The notes below the pieces were generated by a model. It worked only from the letters and a program-made list of their open reading frames with translations. It ran no database searches and was not told the DNA's origin. This document shows, one piece after another, positions 36,799 to 46,692 of a stretch of 64,000 nucleotides of DNA. The number at the start of each line of letters is the position of its first letter. Within the stretch, counting starts at the first letter, position 1. This DNA is from Planctomycetota bacterium (GTDB lineage: Bacteria; Planctomycetota; UBA8108; SXIK01). The DNA lies in the NCBI GenBank assembly GCA_965223845.1, contig CBDCXR010000004.1:5216001-5280000 (forward strand). The letters run 5' to 3'. The translations under genes and the position numbers were made by a program.

Positions 36799-38382
36799 AT
36801 GCCTCTCCGCTCTCTCACGTTCCCAGCGACGAACGGCCGATGCCGCTCCCGCGCATGCTCACGCCGGACCGCTGCGAAGGCGTCGTCGACGTCGAGCCGA
36901 TCCCGGCTCGCTGCCGTCGTCATCGCCGTGCTTGCGCTCTCGACGGCGGGGGGCTGCGGCTCGACTCCGCCGGCGCTCGATCTGCCGCCGCCCGTCATCA
37001 CGTGGCACGAAGCTCACTTTCGCGGCTCACCGCTCTCGGGTCGCGCACCGAGTGCGGGCGCCGAAAGCGCTCTCGCCCAAAACGGCAGCGAGGCGCTCGA
37101 TCCGCAGGATGCCGTTCACGCGCGCGTGACGGCCGTCGCACTCGGCACGATTCCTTCCGATTGGGGTGAGCCTCTCTCGTCGCGAGCGCGCCTGATTCTC
37201 GCCAACCGGGGAGCAGAGCCGCTCCGCTCGACGCTCGCGCTCGCCGCGGGCGGGCGCGGTGCGCTCGTTCCGAATCCTCCGGAGCTCCTCGCTCAGATCC
37301 ACGCGGGGGAACTCGGACCACGCGCCGTGCTCGCGAGCTTCGACCTCGCCGTCCCCCCCGGCGTCACCGCGAACATCGAGGCCATCGCTGGGACGGCCGA
37401 CGCGGCGAGATTCGCCGAACGGCCGCACGGCGCGGGGCTCGCGATCCATCAGTCGTCCGCCGGAGACGGACCGCCGACCGTCGAGATCGCGCTCCGGGTC
37501 GTCGGCAAGCTCTTCGAGACGGACGACCTCAGCGAAGCCGAGCTCGATCCCGATGAAGAGCCCCCCGCCGTTGCCTCCGGTCGCTGGGTGCCCCACCAAG
37601 AGAGAATCGTCCTCGCGCCCCTCGCCGTCGGGGGCGACGACGCCGTCCTCGGCTGCGCGGTGGCGATTCCTTCGCCGTTCGATGCGCTCGATTCATCCGA
37701 AGCCATCGCGTGGATCGTGGAGTTGACACCGGTCGAAGCGGAAAAGCCGGAAGAGTTCGCCGCAGCGTTCGAGCGCTGCCGAACGGATCTCGGCACCGCC
37801 GCGCCGTCCGAATCCGCCGAACCGCTCCTCGGCCGGATGAGCGCGACCGAAGCGCTCGCTCGACGAAAGAACCGCCGCGCCGCGCTCGCCCACGTAGCGG
37901 CGAGCTCGGGCGCTCCGCTCGCGAGCGACGTCGCGCTCGCCGCACCCGACGACATCGTCGAGGAGATCGCGAACAAGGCCACCGAAGGAGACGAAGGCGA
38001 CTCCCTACCGCTCGCCGAGTTTGGCTGGCGGCTCGAGTCGATCGCCGTCACGGCGCTCGCGGACCGGCTCGGTGAAGGCGATCTGACGCCCGCGCTCGAG
38101 AGTCTTCTCAGCGAGCGCGCGGGCGAAGTCGGGCGTCGCGCGGCGCTCCTCAAAGAGGTGGCGGGCGGAAGCCGGAGCGTGAGCGAATTCGATCGCCGGC
38201 TCGAGCGGGAGAACTTCATCTTGCTCGAGGACTCCACGCCGGGAGCTCGCGTCCGGGCGTACGACTGGCTCGCCCGGCGCGGGTCGACGCCGAAGGGATA
38301 CGATCCCCTTGCCTCGGTAAAGGAACGTCGGGCTGCGCTCGCGGCGGCGATCGAAGCGGGAGAGGAGAACGCTGAGCGATGA
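36799..38382 (+). CDS. Hypothetical lipoprotein (start uncertain)
   Basis: Hydrophobic stretch ending LALSTAGG-C; ATGA-coupled to the DUF748-like gene. Confidence 0.65.
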   Translation: MPLRSLTFPATNGRCRSRACSRRTAAKASSTSSRSRLAAVVIAVLALSTAGGCGSTPPALDLPPPVITWHEAHFRGSPLSGRAPSAGAESALAQNGSEALDPQDAVHARVTAVALGTIPSDWGEPLSSRARLILANRGAEPLRSTLALAAGGRGALVPNPPELLAQIHAGELGPRAVLASFDLAVPPGVTANIEAIAGTADAARFAERPHGAGLAIHQSSAGDGPPTVEIALRVVGKLFETDDLSEAELDPDEEPPAVASGRWVPHQERIVLAPLAVGGDDAVLGCAVAIPSPFDALDSSEAIAWIVELTPVEAEKPEEFAAAFERCRTDLGTAAPSESAEPLLGRMSATEALARRKNRRAALAHVAASSGAPLASDVALAAPDDIVEEIANKATEGDEGDSLPLAEFGWRLESIAVTALADRLGEGDLTPALESLLSERAGEVGRRAALLKEVAGGSRSVSEFDRRLERENFILLEDSTPGARVRAYDWLARRGSTPKGYDPLASVKERRAALAAAIEAGEENAER

Positions 38383-41300
38383 GTCGAGAGAAAAAAGGAA
38401 ACCGCGGCAAGCCGAACGGCGGACCGGAATCGGAGAAGAGAAGCGACGAATCGCCCGCAGCGTCGGACTCTGCGGCAAACTCGAGCTCCGAGGCGAGCGT
38501 CGGTACCAAGGCGAAGCCGGTCCGAAAGAGACGCTGGCTGCGACGAACGATCTTCGCGCTCGCCGCCGTCGCCGTCGTGTGCGTCGTTCTCCGCATCGTT
38601 CTCGCTGCTTCGCTCTCGACGATCATCGAAAAGGCCGCGAACGGCTACAACCTCACCTGCCAGTACGAGCGCCTCGACATCTCGATCCTCAGCGGCGATG
38701 TCGAGCTCTGGCATATGGTCGTCGCACCGAAGGACGGCGGGGAGGCGTTCTTGAGCGCGGAATACTGCCGCGGTGATGTTGCGATCGCTTCGCTCCTCAT
38801 GGGGAAGCTCGTCGTCCGGCGCGTGGAGCTCGACGGCGCCGACCTCACGATCGATCGGAACGCCGACGGATCGTTCGCGCTTCTTCGGTGCATCCAAGAA
38901 GCTGGGGGCGCCGTGGACCACGACACGACGGAACCGGAACCCGAGGCGGCCGACGAAGACGAGGCCTCGGATGACACCGCGGCGATCGCGCTTTCTCCGC
39001 CCATCGAGATCAATGCGCTCCGCGTTCAGCACGTCCAGACGCGCTTCCGCGATCAGAGCGTCGAGCCGCCGATCGACACCGAGTGCGAGCTCAGCCTCCG
39101 CCTCTCCAATCTAAACTCACCGACGCATCCGCTCCGTTTCGATCTCGATATCTCAGCCGAGCCGCTCCTCGATCAGATGTACATCGAAGGGATGGGTCGG
39201 ACGGCCGTCGACGCGCTCGAGCTAGAGCTCGCCGTCACGCTTCGTGGTCTCCACCCGCGCGCGGCCGCGGGCTATCTCCGGCCGCTCGGAGTCGAACCGG
39301 TCGCGGAGGAAATCGCCGCTGCGCTCGACGTGACCGTAAACGTCGACGTATCGGCGGACAAGATGTCGGAAGCGACGGCTGACCTCGTCGTGAGCGACGT
39401 TCACGTCGAGGCCGACGGCGTCCGCGCCCTCGAGCTCGGCCGCGCGCGCATCGACGTCGGCACACTCTCACGCACGACCGCGGGCGGAATCGAGATCACG
39501 GTCAGCGGCGGCAAGTGCTTCATCGAACGCCCGCGCGCGGGAGTTCTTCGGATCGCCGGCGTCGACCTCGTCCCCGCGCCGAAGGGCCCGCAGACACAGC
39601 GGGTCGCGGACGAAGCCGCCTCGGCACTCGCCCCGGGCGAAGCGACTCCAGCGGTCGAGTCGCCGGCGGTCGCCGCGGCCTCCGGCGACGACGCAAACGA
39701 TGCGCGACCCGTGGCTGGCGACGCAGAATCGAAACCTCGTTTTCTCTGGTCGATCGCGAGCCTCGGCATCCTCGATCACTCCGTTCGCTTCGTCGACGCG
39801 TCGGTCGAACCGAACGCGGATCTCGAGTTCAGCCTCGTCGAGCTGGCGGTCGAGAACGTCACGAACGTCCCTGAAGAGCTCTCACCGCCGACTTCCATCG
39901 CGGTTCGGGCGACCGCCCCGGGCCTCTTCCAGTCTCTCGACATTCGCGGCCGAGCGACGCTGTTCGTTCCCGAACAATCCCTCACGCTCGCTCTCGATGT
40001 ATCCGGCATCGCGCCGGATGCCGCCGCGCCCTACCTCGCGGCCGCAGGGATCGAATCGGCACTCGACGCCGGTACCCTTTCCCTTCGCGTGGACGCTCAA
40101 TCCGTCGCTCCTCAGGACGACGCATCCGGCTCCACGAAACTCAGCGCGTCCGTCAGCGAACTTTCGTTTCGAGACGGCGAGAGCGAGCTCTTCGCACTCG
40201 ATCGCGCCGGGCTCGCAGGCGTGAGCTTTCGTTCGGAGCCGCCCGCGCTTTCGATCGATGAGATCGCGATCGCCGGCACACGAGTTCGCGCGGCGCGGGA
40301 CCCGGACGCCGCGCTTCGCCTCTTCGGTCTCCGCCTCGGCGGCGCGGCCACGGAGCCCCACCGCGAGCTCGAGCAAGCTCTCGCCGCCGAGGGCGCTGCG
40401 CGCGTCGTCCCGGTTCGCGCCGAGGCCGGCACCGGCGCGCCCGTTCCGGCGGTCGCTCCGGGCACCGCCGAAACGGCGGTCGGCGACGCCGCAACGCCGT
40501 CCCTTTTCCCGCTCGAGCTGCGGGTCGGTCGAACGATTTGGGAGGAGACGCGCGTTCTCTTCACCGACTATTCGACACCCGAGGTGGTCGAGCTCGCGGT
40601 AGAGGATCTCGGCGTTGAGATCGGCGAGTGGATGGTGAATCCGTCCGCACCCTCGAGCCCCCCCTCGTCCGCCCCGCTCCGCCTATGGGTAAACGCACCG
40701 GGGATCGCTCGCCGTATCGAAGGGACCGGAACGTTCACGCCGTCACCCTCCTCGGTCGAGGTCGCTCTCGCCGTCGAAGGCCGAGGCATCGACGCGAAGG
40801 GAGTCGGTCCGTATCTTTCGGCGGCCGGTCTCGAATCGCGACTCGACGACGGCTCGCTCGATCTCGAGCTCGGGGCCGACGTTCAGCTGGACAGCGGAGC
40901 CGTCGTAGCGAGCGTCGATCTCGAGCGCGTCGTGTTTCGCGACGGAGACGAGGAGTGGGCGGGCGTCGATGCCGTGCGGTGTCGAGTGCGCGCGGAGCCG
41001 ACGCGATTCGTCGTCGAGAACGTCGAGATCGAGCGACCGCGTCTCGCGGCGACACGCTCTGCCGGCGGCGATTTGACGATCGCAGGAATCGGAGTCCTGC
41101 CCGTCGTCGAGACGACGGACGCGGACGCGGCGAGCTCGAGATCGGACACGACTGCGACGGCCTCGGCGCCACGGAGCGCGGCCCCGGGAAAGGACACGCA
41201 CGCGACCGAAGTCTCGGTCGAGAGAGTTCACTTCGGTAACGCGACCCTCCGGTGGGTCGACGAGGCGATTTCGGAGTCGCTCGGCCTCACCGCCGAGGTC

Positions 41301-44198
41301 GATTTCGATCTCGGCCAGCTTCTCATCGCCGACGGCGCAGAGCCCGCCCCGATCGACATCCGGCTCCGAGCTCCGTCCGCGGTCGAGGAGCTGCGGCTTC
41401 ACGGCACCGTCGGCGCGTCCCCGCACGGATTCACGACGCGACTCGATCTCGATGCTACGGGACTCACGGGCGAGACCTTGGCGCGCTACGTCGACGGTGT
41501 CGAGCCGGCGCTCAAGAACGGCCGGGCGCACGCCGAGCTCCGCGCCGACGTTCTCCCGCGCGACGGTGGCGGTTGGTCCGCTGCCGTCGCGATCGAAAAC
41601 GTCTCGCTCGGAGAGGACGGTGCGGATCCGATCGTCGCGCTCGCGAAAGTGAGTGTCAGCGCTCCGCGCATCGATCCCGAGAACGGCGTTCACGAGCTCG
41701 AAGAGATCTCGATGGCCGGACTCGCGGTCGACGCGGTGAAGCGGACGAGCGGTGCCATCGAGGTTGCGGGTCTGTCGTTCCCGCCCGCTCCGGCCGAGGA
41801 GGACGAGCGAGTCGCGGAGGAAGCGACCGACGACGGCGGAGCTGAACCGCCGAGCGAAACCCTATCGTCGAACGAAGACGATGCGAGCGGCGGCGCGAAG
41901 GCGGAGGGCGGGCCGAGCGGAGCCGAGAACGGAGAGACGATCGAAAACGGCGCATCGTCAGTCGCGAAGACCGAAGAAGACGACGCGAAGAAAAAAACGG
42001 CGGCCCTCGCCGCGCGACTGCGCGAGCGTCTGCCGACCGTATCGCTCGGGAAGCTCGATTTGCACGTCGAGCGACTCTCCTTCGTCGACGAATCCGTCAC
42101 CGACCGCGTTCCACTGCGTGTGGCGGACGTCCGGATCGCAACGCCGGCGGAGACGACGCTCCTCAACGCCGAACCGACGGAGCTCCCACCGATCGAGATC
42201 GGCGTGACCGGCCGCGTGGAGCCGCTCGTGGGCAGCTTCGAGGTGAAGACGCGCGCCGCGCCGTTTTCGACCGAGCCGACGCTGAACGTCGATGTCGCCG
42301 CCTCGGCGATCGACCTCACGGATCTGCCGCGGACGATCGCCGGGCTCGCCGAGGTTCTCGGCGACGGCGCGATGACTGCGGGGGAGTTCAGCGCGACCCT
42401 CGAAACCACCGTTAAGGCGAAGCGCACGGGACCGCTCGATTTCGCGTTCAAGGAGGGACTCGGTCTCGAGACGAATCTCGCCGTCGCTCTCCGAGAGAGT
42501 CGAGACGGCGAGGTGCTCGCCGGATTCGAAAACCTGCGGGTCGATGTCGCGAGCATCGATCCGAGCGGCCGCGTCCACATCCGCGACATCGAGCTGACGA
42601 AACCGGAGGGACGCGTTCGCAAGTCGGAGCAAGGCTTTCACGTACTCGGCCTCGTCCTGCGAACGCCAGAAGAGGACTCGCCGCGAGACGACGACGATGC
42701 CGAAGGCGAACCGGAAGCGGAAGGAGAGGAGGAGATCGCCGCGGCGGACGAAGTCGAATCCGCCGGCGACGCGCAGGACGATGCGAGCGCTGACGCGGAC
42801 GCCCCCGAAATTCGAATCGACCGCGTGATCGTGAGCGGAATCGATTTCGCTCTGCGCGACGAAACCGTCGACCCTCCGGCGTCGCTTCCGATCACCGGAC
42901 TCGACGTCGAGGTGCGGAAGTTCTCGAATCGGATGTTCACCGAAGAGCGGACGCTCGCCTTCAACGCGAGCCTCGAAGGCGGCGAGATCCCGCTCCCGAA
43001 GCGGCTCGATCAGAGCGCGCTCTTCGGCGCGATCGCCGACGCGGTCAAGGTCGTCGCGGGCGACGCAGAAACGAAGGAGCTCGAAGACCGAGCGATCTTC
43101 GGCGAGATCGGAGCAAGCGGTCGTCTGGCGTTCTTCCCCGAGCCGAAGGGTTGGGCCAAGGCGCGCATCGACTCGCTCGAGCTCGGCTCATTGAGCAGCT
43201 TCGCGGCGGCATCCGGCGTACAGCTCGACGACGGCGTACTCGATGCGAAAGTCGACGTTCGCCTCTTGGCGGGCGGCGACATGAAAACTCGCGCCGGGTT
43301 TACCTTTACGGATCTCCAGCTCTCGGAGCCGCCCGACGGCCCCATCTTTCGTTACCTCCACCTCCCCGCGCCGCTCGACACGGTGATTTTCGTTCTTCGC
43401 GACGAAGACGGGTCCATCCACATTCCACTCAACTTCGCGCTCGAGCAGGGTCAGATATCGAACGCGGAAATCGCGAAAATCGCGACGACCACTCTGGGGA
43501 GCGTCATCGCGGATGCACTCGCGAGCGCGCCTCTTCGCGTCGCCAGCGTCGCGACCGACCTGATCCCGCTTCCGTTCGGCGGTGAAGACGAGCTCGTCGC
43601 CCCCGCCACCATCGAATTCGAAGCGGGAGCCGTCGCAGTCGGGAATGACGCGCCGGAGAATCTCGCGCCCATCATCGAGCAAATGCGAGACGACGAGACG
43701 ATCTCGATCAAGCTCACGCACTCCCTGGGAAGCAGCGACCTCACCGCGATCAGCGCGAAGGTCAATCTGTCGGAAGATGAGTCGCGTGCGATCGTCCATC
43801 GCCTTCGCACGGAGCGAACCGAATGGGTTCGAGAGCGAGCCCGACTCGCCGCCGAGGTTCGCGCGGCGCTCGCGAGCGGAACGTCCGATCTCGCGCGAAG
43901 GGCGATGGCGCGCCTCCGCGAAGTGGACCGAGAAATCGGCGAAACCGATCGGTCGCTCGACCGCATTCTCGAGCAGCTCGCGCCCGGTGCGCCGCGGCGG
44001 GCTCCCCGGCGGACGAGGGCGGGATGCGTCCGGCTCGCGGAGGCTCGGCTTGCAGCGCTCCGCGAACAAGTCCTCGCCGAGCTCGGTCCAGATGTGCCCG
44101 CGGAGCGGGTCGACGCGGGACGACCGCGGTTTCAGCTGAGCGACGGAACGACGGGACGCATCGTCGTCACGCCGAAGCGAAAATCGGCGGCCGAGTGA
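38379..44198 (+). CDS. Giant DUF748/AsmA-like repeating beta-groove protein with possible OmpA-like C-terminus
   Basis: N-terminal TM anchor; six repeats of (DG...)...I..(I/V).(L/I)......R...G.(L/I).(I/L)AG followed by an acidic linker and ...(F/W).D.(S/T); C-terminal LRDEDG.I.IPL...APL and I.F..G...L...RA-like motifs. Confidence 0.78.
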   Translation: MSREKKGNRGKPNGGPESEKRSDESPAASDSAANSSSEASVGTKAKPVRKRRWLRRTIFALAAVAVVCVVLRIVLAASLSTIIEKAANGYNLTCQYERLDISILSGDVELWHMVVAPKDGGEAFLSAEYCRGDVAIASLLMGKLVVRRVELDGADLTIDRNADGSFALLRCIQEAGGAVDHDTTEPEPEAADEDEASDDTAAIALSPPIEINALRVQHVQTRFRDQSVEPPIDTECELSLRLSNLNSPTHPLRFDLDISAEPLLDQMYIEGMGRTAVDALELELAVTLRGLHPRAAAGYLRPLGVEPVAEEIAAALDVTVNVDVSADKMSEATADLVVSDVHVEADGVRALELGRARIDVGTLSRTTAGGIEITVSGGKCFIERPRAGVLRIAGVDLVPAPKGPQTQRVADEAASALAPGEATPAVESPAVAAASGDDANDARPVAGDAESKPRFLWSIASLGILDHSVRFVDASVEPNADLEFSLVELAVENVTNVPEELSPPTSIAVRATAPGLFQSLDIRGRATLFVPEQSLTLALDVSGIAPDAAAPYLAAAGIESALDAGTLSLRVDAQSVAPQDDASGSTKLSASVSELSFRDGESELFALDRAGLAGVSFRSEPPALSIDEIAIAGTRVRAARDPDAALRLFGLRLGGAATEPHRELEQALAAEGAARVVPVRAEAGTGAPVPAVAPGTAETAVGDAATPSLFPLELRVGRTIWEETRVLFTDYSTPEVVELAVEDLGVEIGEWMVNPSAPSSPPSSAPLRLWVNAPGIARRIEGTGTFTPSPSSVEVALAVEGRGIDAKGVGPYLSAAGLESRLDDGSLDLELGADVQLDSGAVVASVDLERVVFRDGDEEWAGVDAVRCRVRAEPTRFVVENVEIERPRLAATRSAGGDLTIAGIGVLPVVETTDADAASSRSDTTATASAPRSAAPGKDTHATEVSVERVHFGNATLRWVDEAISESLGLTAEVDFDLGQLLIADGAEPAPIDIRLRAPSAVEELRLHGTVGASPHGFTTRLDLDATGLTGETLARYVDGVEPALKNGRAHAELRADVLPRDGGGWSAAVAIENVSLGEDGADPIVALAKVSVSAPRIDPENGVHELEEISMAGLAVDAVKRTSGAIEVAGLSFPPAPAEEDERVAEEATDDGGAEPPSETLSSNEDDASGGAKAEGGPSGAENGETIENGASSVAKTEEDDAKKKTAALAARLRERLPTVSLGKLDLHVERLSFVDESVTDRVPLRVADVRIATPAETTLLNAEPTELPPIEIGVTGRVEPLVGSFEVKTRAAPFSTEPTLNVDVAASAIDLTDLPRTIAGLAEVLGDGAMTAGEFSATLETTVKAKRTGPLDFAFKEGLGLETNLAVALRESRDGEVLAGFENLRVDVASIDPSGRVHIRDIELTKPEGRVRKSEQGFHVLGLVLRTPEEDSPRDDDDAEGEPEAEGEEEIAAADEVESAGDAQDDASADADAPEIRIDRVIVSGIDFALRDETVDPPASLPITGLDVEVRKFSNRMFTEERTLAFNASLEGGEIPLPKRLDQSALFGAIADAVKVVAGDAETKELEDRAIFGEIGASGRLAFFPEPKGWAKARIDSLELGSLSSFAAASGVQLDDGVLDAKVDVRLLAGGDMKTRAGFTFTDLQLSEPPDGPIFRYLHLPAPLDTVIFVLRDEDGSIHIPLNFALEQGQISNAEIAKIATTTLGSVIADALASAPLRVASVATDLIPLPFGGEDELVAPATIEFEAGAVAVGNDAPENLAPIIEQMRDDETISIKLTHSLGSSDLTAISAKVNLSEDESRAIVHRLRTERTEWVRERARLAAEVRAALASGTSDLARRAMARLREVDREIGETDRSLDRILEQLAPGAPRRAPRRTRAGCVRLAEARLAALREQVLAELGPDVPAERVDAGRPRFQLSDGTTGRIVVTPKRKSAAE

Positions 44199-44355
44199 TC
44201 GAGCGGGCGATTTCGCGTCGACCGACGCGACGTCGACGCCAGGAATCCATCCCAACGAAGTAAGGACAATCGGCCCACCGATCCGATAGCGAAGTTGTGG
44301 GATTGACGGGCGCCGTCCGCATCTCCCGCGCCGCTATGCCACGGGAGCCCCGCGA

Positions 44356-45378
44356 ATGACCGCTCCGCCTTGTCCCCATTGCCAGAGTGAACGCACGGCG
44401 GAGCAGTTTTCCGGCCCTCCCGTCGTCCGGCGCTGCGAGGAGTGCCGACTGCTGTTTCTCGCGGACTTTCCGGACGCCGATACGCTCGCCACGTACTATC
44501 AAGGCGAGTACTACGAGGAGGGATCGGGGCAGCGCTTTCTTCGTCCGTTCGAGCGCGTACTCGAAGCTTTTCGCGAAGCTCGCGCGCGCGACATCACCCG
44601 GCGACTCCCGCCACGCACGTCGGATGCGCCGGACGCCATCCTCGATGTCGGGTGCGGTCGCGGCCTCCTCCTCGACGCCTTTCGAAAGCGCGGATGGCGT
44701 GCGGTGGGAACCCAGCTCTCGGAGACGGCGGCGGACGCGATCCGCAGCCGAGCCGGCGCCGACGTTCACGTGGGCGAGCTTCCAGCGCTCGACCTGGGCG
44801 ACGCGTCGTTTCGGGCGATCACGTTCTATCACGTCCTCGAGCACGTCGACGTTCCCGGCGCCTATCTCCGGGAAGCCCATCGTCTGCTCCGGGACGACGG
44901 TCTTCTCGTAGTCGAAGTTCCCGATGCGGCCGGACCGGGTTTTCGAATTCTCGGAACGAGAAACTTCTGTCTCGATTATCCCCACCACCTCTACTTCTTT
45001 TCGGGCGCGGCACTCCGAGGCTGTCTCGAAGCGCACGGGTTCGAAGTCGTCGGGGTGCGGCACTTCTCGCTCGAGTACTCTCCCTACACAGCCCTTCAAA
45101 ACCTACTCAACTTTCTCCCCGGCGAACCGAACCGGCTCTACCGCTCATTCATGCGGAACGCCGACGCGAAGCGCTTACGATCGAGTCCGTGGACGTGGCT
45201 CCACGCAGTCCTCGGGGCGGTGCTCGCTGCGCCGATAACGCTCGCGAGTTTCGCGAGCCTCGTCATTCCCGTCGGGAACACCGTCCGGTTCTATTGCCGA
45301 AGGACGACGATGGACGCGAAGGGTCGTCCATCGTCGCGCGAATCTGCGCTGAGTTCGTCGTCGGTCTCTGCGACCTAA
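44356..45378 (+). CDS. Class I SAM-dependent methyltransferase with N-terminal Zn-ribbon
   Basis: CPHC...RCEEC, ILDVGCGRG, YHVLEHV, G.LVVEVP, P.HLY.FS. Confidence 0.88.
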   Translation: MTAPPCPHCQSERTAEQFSGPPVVRRCEECRLLFLADFPDADTLATYYQGEYYEEGSGQRFLRPFERVLEAFREARARDITRRLPPRTSDAPDAILDVGCGRGLLLDAFRKRGWRAVGTQLSETAADAIRSRAGADVHVGELPALDLGDASFRAITFYHVLEHVDVPGAYLREAHRLLRDDGLLVVEVPDAAGPGFRILGTRNFCLDYPHHLYFFSGAALRGCLEAHGFEVVGVRHFSLEYSPYTALQNLLNFLPGEPNRLYRSFMRNADAKRLRSSPWTWLHAVLGAVLAAPITLASFASLVIPVGNTVRFYCRRTTMDAKGRPSSRESALSSSSVSAT

Positions 45379-45526
45379 CGGCCGAAAAGCACGCGGCTCG
45401 CCAAGACGGAATCGCGCCGAGAACGGTCGAGTGGACCGATGCGGGATGTTCCAGCGATACTTGAGGCGAGCGACGTCCTTTTCGTCTGTCCGTCGATTCG
45501 CCGTTCCCGAACCCCGCCCTCACGCA

Positions 45527-46669
45527 ATGCACACTCGAAACCTCGCCGCCGCGAGACTCTTACTTGTCGGTCCCGACGGCGGACCGATGCTTGCGCTCAC
45601 TCAGAGGCTCCTCGATTCCGGCTACCGAAACTGCCGCCACTGCGCGGCGCCGGGGCAGGAGCTTTCCGCGTTCTTCGAGCCCGAGCCGGATCTGATCGTC
45701 CTCTCTCCCGATCTGCTCGAGAACGCGCAATCGCATGCGCTTACGGAACTCCAGGCGTATATACGAGCGAGCACTGGCATTCCGGTTCTTCTCGCCGGCG
45801 AGAACATGAGTTCACGAACCCGACGGCGCGCGCTCGGCGTCGGTGTCACGGACTTTTTGAACGAGCCGGCAGATCCCGTCGCCATGATCACGCGGGTGCG
45901 CAATTTGCTCGATCTTCGCTTCGCTTGCCGGGCGCTCGCGGAACTCCGTCAGAAGTTGGAGTCGGCCCCACCTACGGACACGGCCGAGCAGGAAGCTCTC
46001 GCGAGTCTTCACCTCCTCGCGCGCTGCGCGGAGTATCGCGAAGATCCGTCCGGGCATCACACGGTGCGCGTCGGACGTCTCTCCGCGTCGATCAGCGCGA
46101 TGCTCGGGTGGTCCGAGGAGGAGACGAATCAGCTCTGCGTCGCGGCGATGCTGCACGACCTCGGCAAGATCACCGTCCCCGAGTCCATCCTCCTCAAGCC
46201 GGGGCAACTCACGAACGAGGAATTCGATCTTCTGAAGAAACACACGACGGCCGGTCGAGATCTACTCGGCTCGTGCTCGTCGGGTGTGCTCGCGCTCGCG
46301 CGAGACGTCGCCCTATCTCACCACGAAGGCTGGAACGGATCTGGCTATCCGTTCGGCCTCGCCGGCGAGGAAATCTCGCCGGCGGGACGAATCGTCGCCG
46401 TCGCCGATGTCTTCGACGCGCTCACTCACGACCGCCCGTACCGGAAGGCTTTCTCCGTGGACGTCACGGTCGGATTGATCCAGGAGGATCGGGGCAAGGC
46501 GTTCGACCCGGCGGTGGTCGACGCGTTTCTCGAAGTTGCGCGCCGAGACGACATCTCTGCGCTCGTGGGTGAAGAAGATGTCGCTACTTCGCCCATCATC
46601 GAGCGTTTTCTCGACGAAACCGTTCGCACCCGAATCGAACAGAGCTCCGTCCCGGCGGAGTCGACGTAA
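45527..46669 (+). CDS. RpfG-like HD-GYP phosphodiesterase with degenerate receiver domain
   Basis: E.RE..SG.HT.RV, MLHDLGK, HHE.WNGSGYP.GL, RIVAVADVFDAL..DRPY. Receiver acidic residues are missing (LLVGPD; DLIVLSP). Confidence 0.88.
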   Translation: MHTRNLAAARLLLVGPDGGPMLALTQRLLDSGYRNCRHCAAPGQELSAFFEPEPDLIVLSPDLLENAQSHALTELQAYIRASTGIPVLLAGENMSSRTRRRALGVGVTDFLNEPADPVAMITRVRNLLDLRFACRALAELRQKLESAPPTDTAEQEALASLHLLARCAEYREDPSGHHTVRVGRLSASISAMLGWSEEETNQLCVAAMLHDLGKITVPESILLKPGQLTNEEFDLLKKHTTAGRDLLGSCSSGVLALARDVALSHHEGWNGSGYPFGLAGEEISPAGRIVAVADVFDALTHDRPYRKAFSVDVTVGLIQEDRGKAFDPAVVDAFLEVARRDDISALVGEEDVATSPIIERFLDETVRTRIEQSSVPAEST

Positions 46670-46692
46670 GGCCTCGCGCAAAGAGCACACCG

